Part shown: piece by piece, positions 55,293 through 61,316 of the stretch
Layout: each line of letters begins with the position of its first letter
Position numbering within the stretch: position 1 is the first letter of the stretch
Made by a program: the position numbers and the translations under genes
DNA from: a virus
Taxonomy: Duplodnaviria > Caudoviricetes
Length of the DNA stretch: 61,316 nt
Strand: one strand, 5' to 3'
IMG/VR virus record: IMGVR_UViG_3300042465_001021
Location: 1-61,316 of that record
The notes under the pieces: generated by a model
Database searches by the model: none
The model's input: only the letters and a program-made list of their open reading frames with translations
Told to the model about the DNA's origin: nothing

Positions 55293-56200
55293 GTGGTTTG
55301 CAGCAACTATTTGTTGGTGGGAGCTACGGACTTGCCGCTCCTTCAAGCGTGGAATATTTAGTTGTTGCTGGTGGCGGTGGCGGTGGATACGGAACTGTTT
55401 TTACTGCTTTTAATTCTTTCCACCAAGATTATTTTACTTATGCTTGGTTTGGCGGTGGCGGCGGTGCTGGCGGGTATCGCACCGGGACGGGGTTGGCTGT
55501 AAGTAAAGGCACTACATATACCGTGACAGTTGGAGGCGGCGGTGGTGTTGGCGCTAACGGTGGAAATTCCGTTTTTTCTAGTATTACTTCGACTGGCGGA
55601 GGCACTGGGCAGTACTACGGCATCGCTTCTGGAAATGGTGGCAGCGGTGGCGGCGCTACTGGCGCAAACGACAGCTACGGGAATGACGCCGGATATAACA
55701 GAGGGACTCCCGGTTCAGGCACCTCTGGGCAAGGCTACGGTGGGTCTTATCCGGGTGGAGACTGGGAAAACGGTCGAGGGGGCGGCGGCGGCGGTGCTGC
55801 TGAAGCCGGTGGAACTGACGGATTAAGTTTGGGCGGTGACGGGTTGACTTCTTCAATCAGTGGCTCTTCCGTAACCTATGCCGGAGGTGGTACGGGCGGT
55901 AACGGAACTCGTTATGACGGGTCGTTGCCCGGCGGTGACGGCGGTGGCGGTGCTGGCGGTAATGCTGGCGAAACAGCAGGCAGTGGCACTCCAAATTCAG
56001 GTGGCGGCGGCGGTGGTGGTGGCGCTAGTTTGTGGGCTGGAATTGGAGGTTCCGCAGCGTCTGGTGGATCTGGCGTTGTAATTATTAGATACGCAAATAG
56101 TTTTGCCGCTGCTTCTGCAACTACTGGTTCTCCGACATATACCGTCTCTGGCGGTTTTCGTATTTATCGTTTTACTGGCTCTGGCTCAATCACTTGGTGA
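55289..56200 (+). CDS. glycine-rich (polyglycine) adhesin/fibre 3
   Basis: VEYLVVAGGGGGG...GGSGVVIIRY...YRFTGSGSITW. Confidence 0.75.
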   Translation: MSGLQQLFVGGSYGLAAPSSVEYLVVAGGGGGGYGTVFTAFNSFHQDYFTYAWFGGGGGAGGYRTGTGLAVSKGTTYTVTVGGGGGVGANGGNSVFSSITSTGGGTGQYYGIASGNGGSGGGATGANDSYGNDAGYNRGTPGSGTSGQGYGGSYPGGDWENGRGGGGGGAAEAGGTDGLSLGGDGLTSSISGSSVTYAGGGTGGNGTRYDGSLPGGDGGGGAGGNAGETAGSGTPNSGGGGGGGGASLWAGIGGSAASGGSGVVIIRYANSFAAASATTGSPTYTVSGGFRIYRFTGSGSITW

Positions 56201-56203
56201 CGC

Positions 56204-56539
56204 ATGGCTCACTTTGCACAGCTTGATGAGAACAACGTCGTGCTTCAAGTCATCGTTGTAAATAACGAGGTTGTCCAAAACCTGCCATTCCCAGAGTCTG
56301 AATCTGTTGGCGTGGAATTTTGCCAGTCGTTGTATGGCGCAGACACAGTTTGGAAACAAACTTCGTATAACGCTAGGTTTAGATCAAGGTACGCTTTAAT
56401 AGGCGGAAAATACGACCCACTGAAAGATGAATTTTGTCCATTACCGGCGGCACAAGATGACCCAATTCAAGACCTTAAAGATAGGTTCGGCGTCTTGTTT
56501 GCTTATCCGCATAAACTTTCAGAGTCGGAGCTGCCGTAA
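56204..56539 (+). CDS. fibre-associated chaperone-like protein
   Basis: MAHFAQLDENNVV...WKQTSYN...YALIG; typically follows Gly-rich fibres. Confidence 0.65.
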   Translation: MAHFAQLDENNVVLQVIVVNNEVVQNLPFPESESVGVEFCQSLYGADTVWKQTSYNARFRSRYALIGGKYDPLKDEFCPLPAAQDDPIQDLKDRFGVLFAYPHKLSESELP

Positions 56540-57138
56540 TGGTTTTCCACAAAGCTACAAAGCAAGCATTTGTTTTTCCGCCTAAGACTGGAACAATTAC
56601 ATCAATTCATTTTTTAATTTCATGTGGGTGGAAGCGTTTGCCAAACCCTCATCAATACACAGCGGCGTTTGTTGAGGCTTATCCGAGTCTGAAAGACTAC
56701 TCGCTGTACGGGTTTTTTCGAGATCCATTGAAACGATTTGAAAGTTCTGTTTTGTTTTTAAAACAGGTTTCCACCTTAAAGTTGACTGAAAATTATTTTG
56801 AAAAGGTTATAGCGGAGGCAGGTTTTAATAAAACGAGAGAATCAATTTGCTATGACGAAGTTATTGATTTATTTCCTTTGTTACTCCGCAGATTTGATCG
56901 GTTTTTTTCGCCCCAGTCAACGTGGTTGGATTTCCCAAATGTAACGACGTTAGACTTTGAAAATCTTGAGTCGGAGTTGAAAAGAATTGCCGGGCATCAT
57001 GATAAGGCTGTAACTCGGTACAACGCTTCAACAGACTTTGGGCGTAGCGTTATTACTGACAAAGTGCGTAACTTTGTGCGTGATTATTACGCCGCCGATT
57101 ATGATTTTGCAAAGAATGTCCTAGGCAAGGAATACTAG
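56539..57138 (+). CDS. sulfotransferase (family 2-like)
   Basis: PKTGT (5'-PSB loop), FRDPLKRFES (3'-PB), F.PQ..W, VRDYYAADYDF. Confidence 0.7.
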   Translation: MVFHKATKQAFVFPPKTGTITSIHFLISCGWKRLPNPHQYTAAFVEAYPSLKDYSLYGFFRDPLKRFESSVLFLKQVSTLKLTENYFEKVIAEAGFNKTRESICYDEVIDLFPLLLRRFDRFFSPQSTWLDFPNVTTLDFENLESELKRIAGHHDKAVTRYNASTDFGRSVITDKVRNFVRDYYAADYDFAKNVLGKEY

Positions 57139-57141
57139 TAC

Positions 57142-58002
57142 ATGCTTGGCTTTAGCCCGTTTGCAGCGAATCCCTTTGCGGCAGTTATTGCCGGGGATCA
57201 GATTGTTGAAGTTACTGGGGTTGAAGCCACCGGTCAGGTAGGGTCTGTCCTTGTTGCGGCTGGTGCCACTGCGTTCATTACTGGCCTTGAGGCAACCGGC
57301 GAAGTCGGCACGGTTTTCGTCTCCACCCAGCAGAACTTGGCTGTTACGGGTGTTGAGGCTAACGGTCAGGTCGGCACGGTCGTTGTTAACGGCGAAGTCA
57401 TTGCGCTTGTAACCGGCGTTGAAGCCACTGGCGAGACTGGCGATGAAATTGTTGTTGGTACGGCTGTTGTCATTGAGGACGGTGTTGAAGGTACGGGCCA
57501 AGTCGGCACCGTAACCGCCTTCGGTCAGACTCTTGTACCCGTCACGGGTGTTGAAGCTACAGGTCAACTTGGTACCGTCACGGTTGTTGCCGAAGCCTAT
57601 ATCTTCCTTACGGGAGTATCTGCAACAGGCCAAGTCGGTACGGTTCAGACCGCTGCCAACGCTGATGTCTTTGCCGTTGGTGTTGAGGCCACGGGTCAGG
57701 TTGGTAACGTAAATGTTACTGCCGCAGCCAACGTCCCGGTCACTGGACTTCAGGCAAATGGTCAAGTCGGTACTGTAGCAGTCGGTATTTTCATAATAGT
57801 CCCTGTTACCGGGGTTTCTGCTACAGGTCAGGTTGGCTCGGTCACAACTTCGGCGGGTGCGACAGTCCTCGTTACGGGCGTATCCGGTACCGGAGTCATA
57901 GGTCAAGTGACGGTTTGGGGTAATATCGTGCCTGTCCCGACCGGGCCGTGGACACCGATTAATACAGGCGATACAGATATTTGGACGCCAATAGCGGCGT
58001 AG
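57142..58002 (+). CDS. tail protein with eleven 22-aa repeats
   Basis: VTGVEATGQVGTV-type unit with 22-residue period. Confidence 0.75.
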   Translation: MLGFSPFAANPFAAVIAGDQIVEVTGVEATGQVGSVLVAAGATAFITGLEATGEVGTVFVSTQQNLAVTGVEANGQVGTVVVNGEVIALVTGVEATGETGDEIVVGTAVVIEDGVEGTGQVGTVTAFGQTLVPVTGVEATGQLGTVTVVAEAYIFLTGVSATGQVGTVQTAANADVFAVGVEATGQVGNVNVTAAANVPVTGLQANGQVGTVAVGIFIIVPVTGVSATGQVGSVTTSAGATVLVTGVSGTGVIGQVTVWGNIVPVPTGPWTPINTGDTDIWTPIAA

Positions 58003-58012
58003 AGGCTTAAAG

Positions 58013-59464
58013 ATGGCTACAAGTTATTCACCTAATCTTGCCTTGACTCTTCAGGGCACCAACGATAACCCCGGTACTTGGGGCGATATCACCAACACTA
58101 ACTTGGGAACCCTGCTTGAGCAGGCCATCAGTGGCTATGAGGTTCAGTCTCTAACCTCGGGAACGACGCTGACTCTGACTATCCCGAACGGCTCAAGCGG
58201 CGTGGCTCGTAACATGTATCTGGAGTTCACGGGTAACGGTAGCACGGTCATCGTCCCGGCTAACAAAAAACTCTACTTTGTCTATAACAACTGCTCGTCC
58301 GGTACGATCACGATGAAAGTCGCTGGTCAGACGGGTGTGACAGTTGCAAACGGCGAAAAGATGGCTTTGGTTTCTAACGGTACAGACATCGTTGAAGCCA
58401 TCACTGTTTCTGCTCTTGAAGGCATTACTACCGCAGCAACAACTGCGCTTGGCATTGATGCTGGCGATAGCGTGACCACTGGCACTAGTTCTGTATTCGT
58501 TGGTTATGAGGCTGGAACTTCTGTTACCACTGGTAACTTCACTACCGCAGTTGGTTATGGAGCCGCACGTTCAATAGTTTCTGCAAGTAGCACTACGGCT
58601 CTCGGTTATTTCGCTGGCTATAACCTAACTGGCAATTTTAACACCGCGATTGGACGCGGCGCGATGCAAGGCGGTGGAACTGCAACTGGAACAGAAAACA
58701 CCGCTGTTGGGATGCAAGCACTTAACGTGCTTTCAACCGGTGGAAATAACTCTTGTTTTGGGTTTCAAGCCGGTTATGACTTAACGACGGCGAACTGGAA
58801 CACTTTAATAGGCGCGTATGCTGGACAGAACGTCATTAGTGGCGCTGCCAATACGTTAGTTGGGTATCAAGCGGGAAATGGCATAACTACTGGCACAACT
58901 AATTCTGCTCTTGGTGATTCTGCTTATCTAACGGGTAATTACACCAATTCTACTTGTCTTGGCTATGACTCTGCTGTTACTGGAAATAGTCAGGTTCAAT
59001 TAGGCGCTTCTAATACCACCACCTATGCTTACGGCGCTGTCCAAGATCGTTCGGACGCTCGTGACAAGGCTGACATTCAAGATACTGATCTCGGCCTGAG
59101 TTTCATCATGGCATTGCAGCCGCGCAAGTTCCGCTGGGATATGCGTGACGATTATAAACCGCCCAAACCGGGTCCGGATGCGACACCCGAAGATTGGGCT
59201 GCATACGATGAAGCCTGTAAGTTGGATAACCTGACCCATGACGGTACGCACAAACGCAACCGTTTCCATCAAGGTCTGATTGCTCAAGAAGTCAAAGCCA
59301 CGATGGATGCGATGGGCGTGGATTTTGGTGGCTACCAAGATCACAAGATCAACGGCGGTCAGGATGTGCTGTCTATCGGTTACGAAGAGATGATTGCTCC
59401 GCTAATCAAAGCCATCCAAGAACTCAAAGCCGAGTTCGATGAGTACAAGAGGACGCATCCATGA
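58013..59464 (+). CDS. tail fibre with beta-roll repeats and C-terminal intramolecular chaperone (peptidase S74)
   Basis: GTWGDITNTNL anchor; NTA.G..A repeats; SDARDKADI...GLIAQEV...LIKAIQEL. Confidence 0.85.
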   Translation: MATSYSPNLALTLQGTNDNPGTWGDITNTNLGTLLEQAISGYEVQSLTSGTTLTLTIPNGSSGVARNMYLEFTGNGSTVIVPANKKLYFVYNNCSSGTITMKVAGQTGVTVANGEKMALVSNGTDIVEAITVSALEGITTAATTALGIDAGDSVTTGTSSVFVGYEAGTSVTTGNFTTAVGYGAARSIVSASSTTALGYFAGYNLTGNFNTAIGRGAMQGGGTATGTENTAVGMQALNVLSTGGNNSCFGFQAGYDLTTANWNTLIGAYAGQNVISGAANTLVGYQAGNGITTGTTNSALGDSAYLTGNYTNSTCLGYDSAVTGNSQVQLGASNTTTYAYGAVQDRSDARDKADIQDTDLGLSFIMALQPRKFRWDMRDDYKPPKPGPDATPEDWAAYDEACKLDNLTHDGTHKRNRFHQGLIAQEVKATMDAMGVDFGGYQDHKINGGQDVLSIGYEEMIAPLIKAIQELKAEFDEYKRTHP

Positions 59465-59946
59465 TGACGATGATCTCAACCTTCCTGTCGTTCCTCGCAG
59501 GTGGGCTGCCCAAGATCCTGCAAATCTTCCAAGACCGGCAGGATAAGAAACATGAGTTGGCTCTGGTTGCTGCCCAGAAGGAGCGTGAGTTGGCGCTGGC
59601 TGAGCGTGGGTTCATTGCTCAGGCTCGGGTCGAAGAGATCAAACTAGAGCAGATTCAGACACAGACCGCAGGCGAAGAACGCCAAGCCCTGTATCAGCAC
59701 GACATGGAAATCGGCAAGGGCGCGAGTCAGTGGATGATCAACCTCCGGGCTTCTGTCCGTCCGGTTGTGACTTACATCTTCGTGCTGGAGCTTGTCGCCA
59801 TCAACATTGCTGGTGTTTGGTACGCCTACAACACGGGTGTGCCGTTTGCCGCTGCGATGGCAGAAGTATTTTCGGATGACGAGATGTTAATCCTGTCTTC
59901 AATCATTGCCTTTTGGTTCGGCACACAGGCGTTTGGCAAAAAGTGA
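59461..59946 (+). CDS. probable holin
   Basis: Hydrophobic segments; RASVRPVVTY...IIAFWFG; directly before the lysozyme. Confidence 0.6.
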   Translation: MMTMISTFLSFLAGGLPKILQIFQDRQDKKHELALVAAQKERELALAERGFIAQARVEEIKLEQIQTQTAGEERQALYQHDMEIGKGASQWMINLRASVRPVVTYIFVLELVAINIAGVWYAYNTGVPFAAAMAEVFSDDEMLILSSIIAFWFGTQAFGKK

Positions 59947-60431
59947 AAGTCTCCAAGGCTGCCATCGACATGATCAAACATCACGAGGGGGTACGGACCA
60001 AGCCTTACCGCTGCCCTGCTCTCTTGTGGACTGTCGGTGTCGGCCATGTGATTGACCCAAAACACACCGCTACCCCATTTAATGAACGCAAAGATCTACC
60101 GATACCCGCAGGCTGGGACCGGGTTCTCACGATGGACGAGGTGGACTGGATACTTGCTCAAGACCTTGGTCGGTTTGAGCGTGGCGTGGTTCGACTTTGC
60201 CCTGCTTCTGTTGGCAATCAAGGAATCTTCGATTCTCTCGTCAGTTTTGCCTTCAACGTGGGTCTTGGCAATCTCCAGCGTTCTTCCCTTCGGATGAAGA
60301 CCAACCGGGGTGACTTTGAGGAAGCGGCTGACGAATTTCTGAAGTGGACAAAGGCGGGTGGTAGAGTGCTGCCGGGTCTGGTCAAACGGCGTAACGATGA
60401 ACGTGCGCTGTATCTATCTGGAGTTGCCTGA
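59943..60431 (+). CDS. GH24 lysozyme (endolysin)
   Basis: HEG....YRCP...WTVGVGH (E-x8-C-x5-T), FAFNVG, LPGLVKRRNDE. Confidence 0.9.
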   Translation: MKVSKAAIDMIKHHEGVRTKPYRCPALLWTVGVGHVIDPKHTATPFNERKDLPIPAGWDRVLTMDEVDWILAQDLGRFERGVVRLCPASVGNQGIFDSLVSFAFNVGLGNLQRSSLRMKTNRGDFEEAADEFLKWTKAGGRVLPGLVKRRNDERALYLSGVA

Positions 60432-61316
60432 TGGCACTGCAAAAACTTCAATTCCGCGCTGGCGTAAACCGCGAATCCACTAACTACGCCAACGAAGGCG
60501 GTTACTACAGCAGCGATAAGGTTCGCTTTCGTTCTGGCTATGCCCAGAAGATCGGTGGTTGGACTAACTCCTCTGACACTGGCGATACCTATGATGGTGT
60601 TGCCCGATACCTCTGGAACTACGTCACCACAGACGGACTGAATTTGATGTTCGTTGGGACCAACCAGAAGGTCTATGTAGAACTAGGCGGTGACTACAAC
60701 GACATCACTCCGGCCGCTTCAACTGCAAGTCTGACTGTTAATCCTTTTACTACAGAAGCAAATACTCGAAATATATTTGTCTCCAAAACAGCCCACGGGT
60801 TGTCGCTTGGCACGTATGTATCGTTCTCAGGTGCGACTACGCTGACTGTCGGTGGTCAGCCTCTGTACATAAATGGTCCGTATGAAGTTGTCTCTATACC
60901 TAGCGGCAACACATTCACGATCTTCTCACCATCTATCAACGTCTCTGCTGTTACGGGTGGAGGTTCGGCTGTAATTGCTACGTTTGATATCAACGCTGGC
61001 AACGCTGTATATACAACCGGTGTAGGTTGGGGCGGACCCCCGTGGGGCGCTGGTGGCTGGGGGTCAAATGTTCCAGAAGGCGTTCAACTTCGTATCTGGT
61101 CTGCGTTTAACTACGGTAACGACATTATCTTCGCTGAACGTGGCGGAGAAGTTTTCTATTGGGAACGTGACACGACGACTTGGGCACGGGCAGTTACGCT
61201 TTCAACCAAAGCCAACACGGTCGTTAAATTTTCAAGCGTTGGCGTAACTACATCTGGCGCAACAACCATCACTGTCTCTGATGCAACTGGTATCAATACT
61301 GGCTCGGTTGTAACCG
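60431..61316 (+). CDS. partial (3'-truncated) tail tubular B / nozzle-like protein
   Basis: ATG 60431 overlaps the lysozyme stop; MALQKLQFRAGVNRESTNYANEGG...DKVRFRSGYAQKIGGW; appears open to the window end. Confidence 0.7.
   Translation, partial: MALQKLQFRAGVNRESTNYANEGGYYSSDKVRFRSGYAQKIGGWTNSSDTGDTYDGVARYLWNYVTTDGLNLMFVGTNQKVYVELGGDYNDITPAASTASLTVNPFTTEANTRNIFVSKTAHGLSLGTYVSFSGATTLTVGGQPLYINGPYEVVSIPSGNTFTIFSPSINVSAVTGGGSAVIATFDINAGNAVYTTGVGWGGPPWGAGGWGSNVPEGVQLRIWSAFNYGNDIIFAERGGEVFYWERDTTTWARAVTLSTKANTVVKFSSVGVTTSGATTITVSDATGINTGSVVT

Noticed and set aside
51154-56200. Diversity-generating retroelement or invertase-driven fibre switching
   Set aside because: No reverse transcriptase or recombinase, no adenine-specific TR/VR pair seen, and all cassettes are in the same orientation
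282-61247. Numerous antisense and alternate-frame ORFs in the track (e.g. 9126-9971, 10242-11027, 39960-40610, 42540-43283, 57121-57906)
   Set aside because: They are shadows of long, motif-supported genes on the other strand or frame, with no recognisable motifs
1-61316. tRNA/rRNA genes, integrase, stop-codon reassignment
   Set aside because: No cloverleaf found in the few intergenic gaps, no recombinase motifs, and genes read intact in the standard code using all three stops

Overview
The window is most of a tailed dsDNA bacteriophage genome, probably podovirus-like: it has ejection proteins and tail-tubular proteins but no tape measure gene. It looks circularly permuted, since both ends cut through + strand tail genes. 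Layout: (i) 1-12797 (+) internal virion/ejection proteins, including a 2077-aa protein with a HExxH motif and an LPD38-like C-terminus. (ii) 12794-35482 (-) early and replication genes: primase-helicase, SNF2 helicase, PD-(D/E)XK exonuclease, family A DNA polymerase, HNH and VRR-NUC nucleases, GNAT, two glycosyltransferase-like genes, an HTH-sigma4 fusion, and an AAA ATPase plus HExxH-VWA pair. (iii) About 33.1-35.8 kb control region with twin sigma70 promoters, a repeated TTCAC-N6-GTGAA palindrome, an inverted array of TGGAACA repeats (ori candidate) and G/C tracts before the terminase. (iv) 35786-end (+) terminase, portal, GroES-like gene, scaffold, major capsid, a cluster of small basic peptides, adaptors, three glycine-rich fibre cassettes, a sulfotransferase-like gene, an S74 tail fibre, holin and lysozyme. 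The most notable unexplained signals are a double-pseudoknot RNA leader after the capsid gene, a stand-alone sRNA with anti-Shine-Dalgarno loops, and a [FYM]xxGG motif shared by small basic peptides and ejection proteins. No tRNA, CRISPR array or integrase was seen. All family calls come from motif recognition by eye, not database searches.
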